A stretch of 32,000 nucleotides of DNA, from NCBI GenBank assembly GCA_000091165.1, contig FP565575.1:2220001-2252000 (forward strand). Reading direction: 5' to 3'. Of the stretch, positions 8,391 to 16,483 are shown piece by piece. Position numbers and translations under genes: made by a program. The notes under the pieces were generated by a model that saw nothing but the letters and a program-made list of their open reading frames with translations, was not told the origin of the DNA and did not search any database. The stretch is from Candidatus Methylomirabilis oxygeniifera (GTDB lineage Bacteria; Methylomirabilota; Methylomirabilia; Methylomirabilales; Methylomirabilaceae). The stretch's first letter is position 1; every line of letters starts with the position of its first letter.

Positions 8391-9776
8391 ATGGACACGT
8401 ATCGAACGAAAGTGCTGATCGTTGACGATGATCCATCGGCCAGGAAGATCCTTCAGGGCCGGCTGCGGATTATGAACGTTCAGGCGCTTATTGCATCCAG
8501 CGGCTCTGAGGCGCTCGAACAGATCCGTCGGGAGACACCCGGGGTTGTCCTGCTGGACCTGCAGATGCCGAAGATGTCAGGCATTGACGTTCTCAGGTCG
8601 TTGAAGCGCGAAGGACTGGAACCGACCGTGATTGTTGTGACCGCGCACGCAACCGTCGAAGCCGCTGTCGAGGCAATGAAGGAGGGTGCATACGACTTTA
8701 TCACCAAACCTGTTGATTCACAACATCTGGAGATCGTCCTGGGAAAGGCATTCGAGCGCGAGTCGTTGCGGGCGCAAAGTCGCTGCTTGCAGACGGAAAT
8801 GGCGGATCGCCTGGTCCAGGTTATAGCGGACAACCCAATCATGAAACAGTTGCTGCAGCTCGCCCGTCGCGCCGCCGACAGCAATTCAACCATCCTGCTC
8901 CTGGGAGAGAGCGGGACCGGAAAAGAGGTCTTGGCCAGAAGCATTCACCAGTGGAGTTCTCGGGCACACTATCCATTCACTGTGGTGAATTGCGTGGCCA
9001 TTCCGGAGCAGTTACTGGAAAGCGAGCTGTTTGGTCATGAACGAGGGGCCTTCACTGGCGCGCATCAGCTCAAAAGAGGCAGGTTCGAGATTGCGGAGCA
9101 CGGTACGGTCTTTCTCGACGAAATCGGGGAGGTCCCGGCCGGTATTCAGACAAAACTCCTCCGAGTGTTGCAACACCACGAGTTTGAGCGAGTTGGGGGA
9201 ACCCGTGCGATCAAGGCGGACATCCGCGTGATTGCCGCCACCAACAGCGACCTCGAACGGGCTGTACAAGAGGGCCGCTTCCGGGAAGACCTCTACTATC
9301 GACTAAACGTCGTCAGTATCAAGCTGCCACCGTTAAGGGAGCGAAAAGAGGATATTCCTGCACTGGTCGACTACTTCCTGAGAAAGTACGCAGGCGAGCT
9401 GAAAAAACCTTTGAAGCGACTTGCCCTCGGTACGATGGATGACTTGATGGCCTATCATTGGCCGGGAAACGTGCGCGAGCTGGAGAACGTTGTTGAGCGA
9501 GCTATGGTCTTGAGTATAGGGGATCAGATCGGCCAGGAGGATCTGCCGCTCCAGGTCACCACGGGGCTACGCCGTGAGTCGTTCAGAGCAAAAGAGTTCC
9601 ACGAGGCCGTCACGGAGTTCAAGCGGTGGGTGATTCATGATGCGCTCAAGCGTTCGCAGGGCAATCAGACCAAGGCGGCGGAGCTTCTCGGACTTCAGCG
9701 CACCTATCTCGCTAAGCTGATCCGGCTACTGGAGATCAAATCGGATGCAAATCCCACCGAGAAGAACCGCCTTTGA
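8391..9776 (+). CDS. Sigma-54-dependent Fis-family response regulator (NtrC/LuxO/GlrR class enhancer-binding protein)
   Basis: Receiver domain (VLLDLQMPKMSG). AAA+ Walker A GESGTGKE. GAFTGA sigma-54 contact motif. C-terminal Fis-type HTH QTKAAELLGLQRTYLAKLI. GGAGGAG SD. Confidence 0.92.
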   Translation: MDTYRTKVLIVDDDPSARKILQGRLRIMNVQALIASSGSEALEQIRRETPGVVLLDLQMPKMSGIDVLRSLKREGLEPTVIVVTAHATVEAAVEAMKEGAYDFITKPVDSQHLEIVLGKAFERESLRAQSRCLQTEMADRLVQVIADNPIMKQLLQLARRAADSNSTILLLGESGTGKEVLARSIHQWSSRAHYPFTVVNCVAIPEQLLESELFGHERGAFTGAHQLKRGRFEIAEHGTVFLDEIGEVPAGIQTKLLRVLQHHEFERVGGTRAIKADIRVIAATNSDLERAVQEGRFREDLYYRLNVVSIKLPPLRERKEDIPALVDYFLRKYAGELKKPLKRLALGTMDDLMAYHWPGNVRELENVVERAMVLSIGDQIGQEDLPLQVTTGLRRESFRAKEFHEAVTEFKRWVIHDALKRSQGNQTKAAELLGLQRTYLAKLIRLLEIKSDANPTEKNRL

Positions 9777-9967
9777 TGCAGCGATGAGATCGCATTCCGT
9801 GTATCGCTTTCGATCCTATGTTGTATTCTATTAGGTACTATCCTCTGACGTATCGCTTGAGCCGGTCAGATTTTATCCTTCCGTCAAAATGGTCTTTATG
9901 CAAATAAATCAATATGTTTGCCTCTTACATTGTGCCACGCGAACGGTTGAGCCATCGAGGGATGATG

Positions 9968-9983
9968 TGGCACGCTTGTTGCT
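9968..9983 (+). promoter_or_regulatory. Sigma-54 (-24/-12) promoter TGGCACG-CTTG-TTGCT
   Basis: Exact match to the TGGCACG-N4-TTGCW core (GG at 9969-9970, GC at 9981-9982). It lies 192 nt downstream of the EBP gene. An IHF-like AATCAATATGTTT sits at 9907-9919. Confidence 0.6.
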
Positions 9984-9993
9984 TACTCTCTAT

Positions 9994-10170
9994 GGTAGGG
10001 TCGTTTGCTTGGCGACCGTTTCTAGAACTCACGTCGTGTCCAAGGGGCTATAAAGAGGAGAGCCCATCCGCTACCCCCCGGAGGGCTCTCCTCTCGTACC
10101 CCACCTTCTCAGCTATTCATCTATTATTACCCCCCTCCATAGATCGGCCCGACGGTCGGGTTCTTGCTCT
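9994..10170 (+). ncRNA. Candidate sigma-54-dependent small RNA (hypothetical; ends not determined)
   Basis: Lies downstream of the -24/-12 element. Contains a hairpin GGTCG-N9-CGACC (9999-10017). Contains a perfect 12-bp stem AGAGGAGAGCCC/GGGCTCTCCTCT (10054-10065 / 10083-10094) with a C6 loop. Single-stranded C-rich runs: ACCCCACC at 10098-10105 and CCCCCCTCC at 10130-10138. A weak terminator-like CCCGA-CGG-TCGGG + TTCTTGCTCT sits at 10148-10170. Confidence 0.3.
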
Positions 10171-10514
10171 ACTGACCTGAGTGAGCGCAGATATCTTCCA
10201 AGAAAATGGCCCTCGTGACTCCCCCCATCGTATTCCAACCGACTCAGAGCTTCCTCATTCTTTCTTGACTCCCGTGACTCAGTTTGTCTAAAGTTCATAT
10301 GCACTAACTGATTGATTTAATTAGGGACAATCATGTTCAGGTGTGCGGTGAGCGCAGGCTGTCATTTCCGATTAAACGAATGCGCCGACCGCCGAGTCAT
10401 AAGTAGCAAGTGAGCGCATAACTTGACAAGTCGGAGCAGTTGTTCGGCCGCTGCAATGTAACAACAGCCCTTGTATGATTCGAGTATATAGAACATCGCC
10501 TATGAGGGGAAAAT

Positions 10515-10784
10515 ATGGCTACAATTATCGAGTATACTGACCAAAAAAGGCCGGCTAATCATTATCCAAAGCGGATTGTCTCGCCCCTTTCGTCGGGCCC
10601 ATGCTGTTGCTCTAAAATGGAGCAGATCGGCGTGGAACAGCACGAAGAAGCCTGGAGCTTCATCTATAAGCGCTGTAAGCAGTGCGGGTTTGCCGTACGT
10701 CACGTAACGGCTCGAACCCTGCAACTCCCAACGAAGACAAGTTCTCGATTCGAACACCGGGAGTTAATCGGCTCCCACACCTAA
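10515..10784 (+). CDS. Hypothetical small Cys-rich protein (possible zinc-ribbon), orphan in an A/T-rich gap
   Basis: GAGGGG SD 5 nt before the ATG. Cys pattern GPCCCS...CKQCGF. I recognise no family. Confidence 0.4.
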   Translation: MATIIEYTDQKRPANHYPKRIVSPLSSGPCCCSKMEQIGVEQHEEAWSFIYKRCKQCGFAVRHVTARTLQLPTKTSSRFEHRELIGSHT

Positions 10785-11008
10785 AACGACTCAACACTCA
10801 CTCTCTGCATTCTGCTCCACCTGTGCTATACTTGATTGTCACGCAAAACACCGCACCATAGGGACCCGGTCCTACAGACTTCCGTTCACCCTTCGACGGG
10901 CCCAGGGCAAACGGTATGGGCATTGAAAAGAAGGACGTGTTCCCGTTCGTGGTGAGCCGGTCGAACCACGGCAGATGGCTTGCGGGGGAGACACATAGGA
11001 GTTGAGAG

Positions 11009-11971
11009 ATGAACGTCGGCGGTCTTGTTGAAGATATTGAGGTGAGCGCCCTGCTTGATCTCGAAGAAGAGATCAAGCAGCTGAAAAAAGCGTTGCATGC
11101 GGTGGTGTTAGCACACTACTACCAGGAGTCTGAAATTCAGGATGTGGCCGATTTCGTCGGCGACAGTCTGCAACTAGCCCAACAGGCCGCAAAAACGAGC
11201 GCTGAGGTGATTGTTTTTGCCGGCGTTCACTTTATGGCGGAGACGGCGAAGATCCTGAATCCCTCGAAGCAGGTGCTGCTCCCCGATTTGGCGGCCGGTT
11301 GTTCGCTGGCAGAAGGGTGCCCGGCGCCTCTCTTCAGACGCTTCAAAGAAAAATATCCGGATCACATCGTGATCAGCTACATTAATTGCAGTGCCGAGGT
11401 CAAGGCGATGAGCGATATCATCTGCACCTCGAGCAACGCCGAAAAGCTCATCAACCAGATCCCGAAAGAGCAGCCAATCCTTTTTGCGCCCGATCAGAAC
11501 CTGGGTCGCTACCTTATCAAAAAGACCGGCCGTGATCTGACGCTGTGGCCCGGCACCTGTACCGTACACGAGACGTTCTCTGAAAAGAAGCTTGTGCAGT
11601 TGATGCTGTACTATCCTCACGCCAAGGTGCTTGCGCATCCTGAGTGCGAAGCCGGCGTGCTTCAGCATGCCGACTACATCGGCTCAACAAGCGGACTGCT
11701 GGGTTATGTCAAGCAAAGTACGGATACCGAATTCATTATTGCGACCGAGCCCGGCATCATTCATCAGATGGAGAAGGCCTGCCGGGACAAGACGTTTATC
11801 CCGGCCCCACCGGACGGAGATTGCGCCTGCAACCAGTGCCCCCACATGCGGCTTAACACTCTGGAGAAACTGTACCTGTGCATGAAACACCGGGCGCCGG
11901 AAATTACGCTTGATGAAGAGCTGCGGCTTCTTGCGTTACGTCCGATCCAGCGTATGCTGGAGATGAGCTAG
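11009..11971 (+). CDS. nadA: Quinolinate synthase
   Basis: [31 protein letters not shown], the three-domain repeat pattern, and the Fe-S Cys residues. AGGAG SD. Confidence 0.93.
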   Translation: MNVGGLVEDIEVSALLDLEEEIKQLKKALHAVVLAHYYQESEIQDVADFVGDSLQLAQQAAKTSAEVIVFAGVHFMAETAKILNPSKQVLLPDLAAGCSLAEGCPAPLFRRFKEKYPDHIVISYINCSAEVKAMSDIICTSSNAEKLINQIPKEQPILFAPDQNLGRYLIKKTGRDLTLWPGTCTVHETFSEKKLVQLMLYYPHAKVLAHPECEAGVLQHADYIGSTSGLLGYVKQSTDTEFIIATEPGIIHQMEKACRDKTFIPAPPDGDCACNQCPHMRLNTLEKLYLCMKHRAPEITLDEELRLLALRPIQRMLEMS

Positions 11972-11992
11972 GACTGTCTCTCCCTTACCCCC

Positions 11993-12856
11993 ATGCCCCT
12001 ATCCCTCGTTCGAATCAGCCGCCTGGAGGCCCTCAAGAGATTCCTTGAGGAAGACATCGGTCGGGGCGACGTCACGACCCTTGCGATTGTGCCGTCCGAT
12101 CAAAAGGCGATCGGGCATTTTATGGCCAAGGCGCCTCTGGTGTTGGCTGGGATCGAGTTGGTCATCGATGTCCTCACCCTGTTGGATGAAGGTGTCGTGG
12201 TTGAACATCGCCGTCATGATGGTGATGAGCTGCGTGAGGGCGATCGAGCGGCGTCTGTCCGTGGTCAGGCCAGGGCGCTGCTGACCGGCGAGCGCGTCGC
12301 GACAAACCTGCTCCAGCGGCTTTGCGGGATCGCGACACTGACGCAACGGTTTGTTGAGGCCGTCCGCGGGACACAAGCAAAGATTCTGGACACACGCAAA
12401 ACAACGCCGGGGCTGCGGGTGTTTGAAAAGTACGCAGTGACCGTCGGCGGCGGCATCAATCACCGCTTTGGACTTGATGACGCGATCTTGGTCAAGGATA
12501 ACCATATCAGGCTGGCCGGCGGGATCAGCGCAGCCATTGAAGCAGCTCGACAACATGAGAGTCGCTCGCACCGGTTTGAGGTGGAGGTCACCACACTCGA
12601 GGAGTTGCAGGAGGCCCTCCGGTATGATCTTGACGCCGTCCTCCTCGATAACATGCATCCCGAGATGGTCCGACAGGCGGTAGCCTGTGTACGCACTCAC
12701 GAGCGCGGTCGCAAGATCACCGTCGAAGCGTCAGGTGGAATGACCCTCGACAATGTGCGGACCTTCGCGGAGGCCGGCGTCGATTGGATTTCCATCGGAG
12801 CCTTGACCCATGCCGCCCCGGCCCCCGACATGAGTTTCAAGATTTACCCTGCATGA
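11993..12856 (+). CDS. nadC: Nicotinate-nucleotide pyrophosphorylase (carboxylating)
   Basis: LEEDIGRGDVTT, GERVATNLLQRLCGIATLT, DTRKTTPGLR, KYAVTVGGGINHRFGLDDAILVKDNH, LLDNM. Confidence 0.9.
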   Translation: MPLSLVRISRLEALKRFLEEDIGRGDVTTLAIVPSDQKAIGHFMAKAPLVLAGIELVIDVLTLLDEGVVVEHRRHDGDELREGDRAASVRGQARALLTGERVATNLLQRLCGIATLTQRFVEAVRGTQAKILDTRKTTPGLRVFEKYAVTVGGGINHRFGLDDAILVKDNHIRLAGGISAAIEAARQHESRSHRFEVEVTTLEELQEALRYDLDAVLLDNMHPEMVRQAVACVRTHERGRKITVEASGGMTLDNVRTFAEAGVDWISIGALTHAAPAPDMSFKIYPA

Positions 12857-14406
12857 AGACAGACATCCTGATCATCGGTAGCGGTCTCGCAGGATATGCC
12901 GCAGCACTGGCGGCCGCCAAACAGGACGTGGAGGTGACGCTGCTCACACGGTCGCCTCACCCGGAGGAGAGCAGCACCTTCTGGGCCCAAGGCGGCATTA
13001 TCTATCAGGGAGCGAACGACTCGCCTCAAAAGCTGGTGGCTGATATCGTCACCGCCGGTGCAGGTCTCAGTTCGCCTGAGGCGGCAGCGCTGGTCAGTCG
13101 CGAAGGCCCACGGCTGGTGAAAGAGATTCTCATCGATGAGCTTGGGGTCCCGTTCGATGAATCCTCTGAGGATTCAGCCCGATGGGATCTGACCGCCGAG
13201 GCCGCGCATTCGCTCCCGCGTATCCTGCACCATAAGGATCAGACCGGATCGGCAATCCAGCGCGCGTTCATCGAACGGATCGCGTCGTATCCGAGGGTCA
13301 AACTGCTCTGTGGAACCACCGCGGTCGATCTGCTCACAATCTCACACCATTCGGTCGAACCGCTTGATGTTTATAAGCCTCAGACGTGCATTGGGGCGTA
13401 CGCGTTGGATCAGGCGAGCGGCGAGATCTTTCCCATCCTCGCGAAAGAGACGATTCTGGCGACCGGTGGGCTTGGTCGTGTCTTTCTGCATACCACCAAT
13501 CCTGCCGGCGCTCGTGGCGATGGCATTGCGATGGCCTACCGGGCCGGCGCCCGTTGCATCAATATGCAATACGTGCAGTTCCATCCCACCACGCTCTTCC
13601 ATCCCAGCGGCCGGTTTCTCATCTCCGAAGCGATGCGAGGCGAAGGCGCCCGTCTGGTGGATGGAAAGGGCCGGGAATTTATGACCGATTATCACCCCGA
13701 TGGATCGCTGGCACCGCGGGACGTTGTCGCGCGCGGCATTCACCAGATGATGCTGGAATCGGGCGAGCCGTACGCCTATCTCGACATCTCCCACAAACCG
13801 GCCGATCAGGTCTGCGAGCGATTTCCGGGGATTTATGCGCACTGCTTGAAGTACGGAATTGACATGACCAAAGAACCCATCCCCGTCGTCCCGGCCGCGC
13901 ACTACAGTTGCGGCGGTATTGCCGTTGATGAGTGGGGACAATCAAGTCTGCATCGTCTGCGCGCCGTGGGTGAGGTCGCCTGTTCGGGGTTGCATGGCGC
14001 CAATCGTCTGGCCAGTACGTCCTTGCTGGAATGTCTGGTGTGGGGAACCCGGGCAGGCGCTCAGGCCGCAGCGTTCATCACTCATGGCGACGAGTATTAT
14101 TTTCCTCAGATTGCGCCCTGGCGGTATGAACGTGAATCGGTTGATCCGGCGCTGATCGCGCAGGACTGGCTCAGCATCCAGCAGACCATGTGGAATTACG
14201 TAGGTCTCGTTCGCAGCGCAAAGCGGCTGAACCGCGCCCATGAGATCCTGCGGGAGTTGCACCTGGAGATCTTGAGATTCTATGAAAAGGCCGAGGTGAC
14301 TGACGCCATGGTCGGCCTTCGCAACGGCATTCAAACCGCGTTGGTCATCCTGCTGGCCGCCATGGAATGTCGCAACAGCCGCGGCTGCCACTATCGGATC
14401 GACTAG
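12853..14406 (+). CDS. nadB: L-aspartate oxidase
   Basis: FAD fold DILIIGSGLAGYAAAL, FHPT, HYSCGGI, GLHGANRLASTSLLECLVWG. The ATG at 12853 overlaps the nadC stop as ATGA. The track start at 12784 lies inside nadC. Confidence 0.93.
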   Translation: MKTDILIIGSGLAGYAAALAAAKQDVEVTLLTRSPHPEESSTFWAQGGIIYQGANDSPQKLVADIVTAGAGLSSPEAAALVSREGPRLVKEILIDELGVPFDESSEDSARWDLTAEAAHSLPRILHHKDQTGSAIQRAFIERIASYPRVKLLCGTTAVDLLTISHHSVEPLDVYKPQTCIGAYALDQASGEIFPILAKETILATGGLGRVFLHTTNPAGARGDGIAMAYRAGARCINMQYVQFHPTTLFHPSGRFLISEAMRGEGARLVDGKGREFMTDYHPDGSLAPRDVVARGIHQMMLESGEPYAYLDISHKPADQVCERFPGIYAHCLKYGIDMTKEPIPVVPAAHYSCGGIAVDEWGQSSLHRLRAVGEVACSGLHGANRLASTSLLECLVWGTRAGAQAAAFITHGDEYYFPQIAPWRYERESVDPALIAQDWLSIQQTMWNYVGLVRSAKRLNRAHEILRELHLEILRFYEKAEVTDAMVGLRNGIQTALVILLAAMECRNSRGCHYRID

Positions 14407-14420
14407 AACGCTTCAGTTCC

Positions 14421-14450
14421 GAGTGTTGAGAGTGTCGAGTGTCGGGTTGT
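14421..14450. repeat. Short heptamer tandem GAGTGTT GA GAGTGTC GAGTGTC GGGTTGT in the nadB-downstream spacer
   Basis: Read directly. Confidence 0.7.
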
Positions 14451-14499
14451 TCACGACAGGGCTGACAAGGGCCGCTCTCTTCGAGCAGGGAGGTGAGTC

Positions 14500-15531
14500 A
14501 TGAAGGCGGTGCGATTTCATGAGCACGGCGGGCCAGAGGTTCTTCGGTACGAAGATGCCCCCGACCCCATCATCGCCCCCCATGAAGTGCTGGTGAAGGT
14601 CAAGGCCTGTGCCTTGAATCACCTGGATCTCTGGTGCCGAAAAGGGATGCTGGGGATGCAGATTCCCCTCCCCCATATTTCCGGTTCCGATGTCGCCGGT
14701 GAGGTAGCGGCGGTTGGAAGTGTCGCGACCCGCATCACGCTCGGTCAACGGGTCGTTGTCTCACCGGGGATAAGCTGTGGCCAGTGCGCCTGCTGCCTGT
14801 CTGGCCGCGACAACCTCTGCCGCTCTTACGAAATCGTCGGCGGCTACCGGATCGACGGCGGATACGCGGAGTACGTGAAGGTCCCCGAGGTCAACATCCT
14901 GCCGATACCGGAGGAGATGGACTTCGAGGCAGCGGCGGCGTTCCCGCTCACCTTTCTGACCGCCTGGAACATGCTGGTGAATCTCGCGCATGTCAAGCGG
15001 GGCGATGAGGTGCTGGTGATGGGGGCAGGCAGCGGGGTTGGAACCGCCGCCATCCAGATCGCCAAGCTGTTCGGCGCCCGCGTCATCGCCGCCGCCGGGA
15101 GCGACGACAAGCTTGGCAAGGCGAAGGGGCTTGGCGCCGACGACGGAATCAACTATGCCGACCAGGATCTGGTTATCGAGGCGCGGCGTCTCACGGCCAA
15201 GCGAGGGGTGGATGTGATCTTCGAGCATGTAGGGGGCGCTGTATTCGAGAAGCTGATTCCGGCCTTGGCCACCGGTGGCCGCCTGGTAACGTGCGGCGCC
15301 ACAGCCGGCCACCTGGCCCAGACCGATATCCGATACCTCTTCATGCGACAGGCGTCGATCATGGGTGGCTTTATGGGCCCCAAGGCCGATCTCTTGCAGA
15401 TCGTACGGGAGATGGCGCGCGGGACGCTCAAACCGGTCGTGGATCGGCTCTTCCCGCTCAAGGAGGCCGCTGCGGCGCAATGTGCGATGGAGGACCGGAC
15501 GCTGTTCGGCAAGCTGGTCCTGGTCATCTAG
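14500..15531 (+). CDS. Zinc-type MDR alcohol dehydrogenase / quinone oxidoreductase family protein
   Basis: GroES-like N-terminus. Structural-Zn cluster CGQCACCLSGRDNLC. Rossmann motif VMGAGSGVGTAAIQ. GGAGG SD. Confidence 0.85.
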   Translation: MKAVRFHEHGGPEVLRYEDAPDPIIAPHEVLVKVKACALNHLDLWCRKGMLGMQIPLPHISGSDVAGEVAAVGSVATRITLGQRVVVSPGISCGQCACCLSGRDNLCRSYEIVGGYRIDGGYAEYVKVPEVNILPIPEEMDFEAAAAFPLTFLTAWNMLVNLAHVKRGDEVLVMGAGSGVGTAAIQIAKLFGARVIAAAGSDDKLGKAKGLGADDGINYADQDLVIEARRLTAKRGVDVIFEHVGGAVFEKLIPALATGGRLVTCGATAGHLAQTDIRYLFMRQASIMGGFMGPKADLLQIVREMARGTLKPVVDRLFPLKEAAAAQCAMEDRTLFGKLVLVI

Positions 15532-15567
15532 CGCCATACCGTAAAACGTGAGATCAGGAGGAGGATC

Positions 15568-16335
15568 ATGACGCTGAACGTCGCACATCGAGGGGCCTCG
15601 GCGGTGGCGCCGGAGAATACGATGGCGGCCTTTGAGAAGGCGGTCGAGTTGGGGGCCGACGCTATCGAGCTGGACCTGCACGTCAGTCACGATGGCGAAC
15701 TGGTCATCATTCACGATGACACGCTGGATCGGACCACCGATGGCCAGGGACCGGTCCATACGCGCAGCCTGCATGAGCTTAAGCAGCTTGATGCCGGTCG
15801 CTGGTTCAGCGAGCGCTTTGCCGGTCAACAGATCCCGACCCTTGTGGAGGTCCTGGATCGTTTTGCCGGAAAGGTCCCGCTCGCGCTTGAGGTCAAGGCC
15901 GGTTCGGCCTTCTTTCCCGGCATCGAGGAGCGGGTGGTATCGGTCCTGCGTGAGCATCAGGTCATCTCGCAGGTGGCGGTCGCCTCGTTCGACCACCACG
16001 CATTACTAAGGCTGAAGGAATTGGAGCCGTCCCTTCGGACCGCCGCGCTTCTCGTAGGACGACCGGTGTCGATGCCGGTGATTGCGGAAGCGTGTAAGAC
16101 CGATGCCATGGCCATGGAGTGCAGTCTTATCACGAAAACAGAGGTTGATGCCTGCCGTGCCGCCGGGCTTCAGCTTGTGGTGTGGGTGGTCAACGAGCCT
16201 GCCCGGATGCGCGACTTTATCGATCTGGGAGTCGACGGGATCATCACCGACAGACCGGACCTTTTACGTCATGCCCTGGCAGAACGCAGTGCGTCCCGCC
16301 CAACTCTCACACGCTGGAAGTCAGTAGTCTCCTGA
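15568..16335 (+). CDS. ugpQ: Cytoplasmic glycerophosphodiester phosphodiesterase (UgpQ-like)
   Basis: AHRGAS..APENT, IELDLHVSHDGELVIIHDDTLDRTT, WVVN, GVDGIITDRPD. No signal peptide. Confidence 0.85.
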   Translation: MTLNVAHRGASAVAPENTMAAFEKAVELGADAIELDLHVSHDGELVIIHDDTLDRTTDGQGPVHTRSLHELKQLDAGRWFSERFAGQQIPTLVEVLDRFAGKVPLALEVKAGSAFFPGIEERVVSVLREHQVISQVAVASFDHHALLRLKELEPSLRTAALLVGRPVSMPVIAEACKTDAMAMECSLITKTEVDACRAAGLQLVVWVVNEPARMRDFIDLGVDGIITDRPDLLRHALAERSASRPTLTRWKSVVS

Positions 16336-16369
16336 GACCAGCCTTCATGCCCCCGATTAACGGATAGTT

Positions 16370-16483
16370 ATGGCTTTTGGTTCCACACCCAACGATCCGA
16401 ACCGGACCGCTTGGCCCTTTATCCTCTTGATCGCAGCAATCGCCGCTGTCATCGTAGCCACAATCCTCGTGTTTGTCGCCTGA
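16370..16483 (+). CDS. Possible 37-aa single-pass membrane peptide (below the ORF-track length cutoff)
   Basis: My translation: MAFGSTPNDPNRTAWPFILLIAAIAAVIVATILVFVA*. This is a polar head followed by a ~20-aa hydrophobic helix. No clear SD. Confidence 0.25.
   Translation: MAFGSTPNDPNRTAWPFILLIAAIAAVIVATILVFVA

Noticed and set aside
8231-8425. 64-aa plus-strand ORF bridging the receiver gene and the EBP gene
   Set aside because: It is out of frame and overlaps two well-supported genes. It has no independent signals.
9914-10180. 88-aa plus-strand ORF in the EBP-downstream spacer
   Set aside because: It starts upstream of, and reads through, the sigma-54 promoter and the 12-bp hairpin. It has no SD, and its sequence is low-complexity and Pro/Leu/Ser-rich. 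I treat the region as non-coding.
10423-10490. Sigma-70 promoter for the small ORF (TTGACA at 10423-10428; TATGAT at 10474-10479; TATATA at 10485-10490)
   Set aside because: None of the -35/-10 candidates has partners at 16-19 nt spacing. The TTGACA is followed at 17 nt by GGCCGC. The evidence is too weak to call.
10785-11008. Possible NAD+ class I (nadA motif) riboswitch in the nadA leader
   Set aside because: The location is right, and there are two loosely similar CCGTTC...CGGG segments. However, I could not find the conserved ACANCCCC bulge sequence that I recall from memory for this riboswitch class. A cmsearch with the Rfam nadA model would settle it.
12003-12016. GTTCGAATC-like T-loop words (also at 10746-10756) suggesting a tRNA
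   Set aside because: The flanking bases do not form T-stem, acceptor or anticodon arms. The first site lies within the nadC coding start.
14761-15999. 412-aa minus-strand ORF, plus similar long antisense ORFs at 18683-19816, 11999-12700, 13342-13941, 2583-3137 and 30488-31243
   Set aside because: Each lies antisense to a gene with clear family motifs. Their translations are Arg/Pro/Gly/His-rich with no recognisable domains, and 14761-15999 spans two forward genes. This is the typical open antisense frame of GC-rich DNA.
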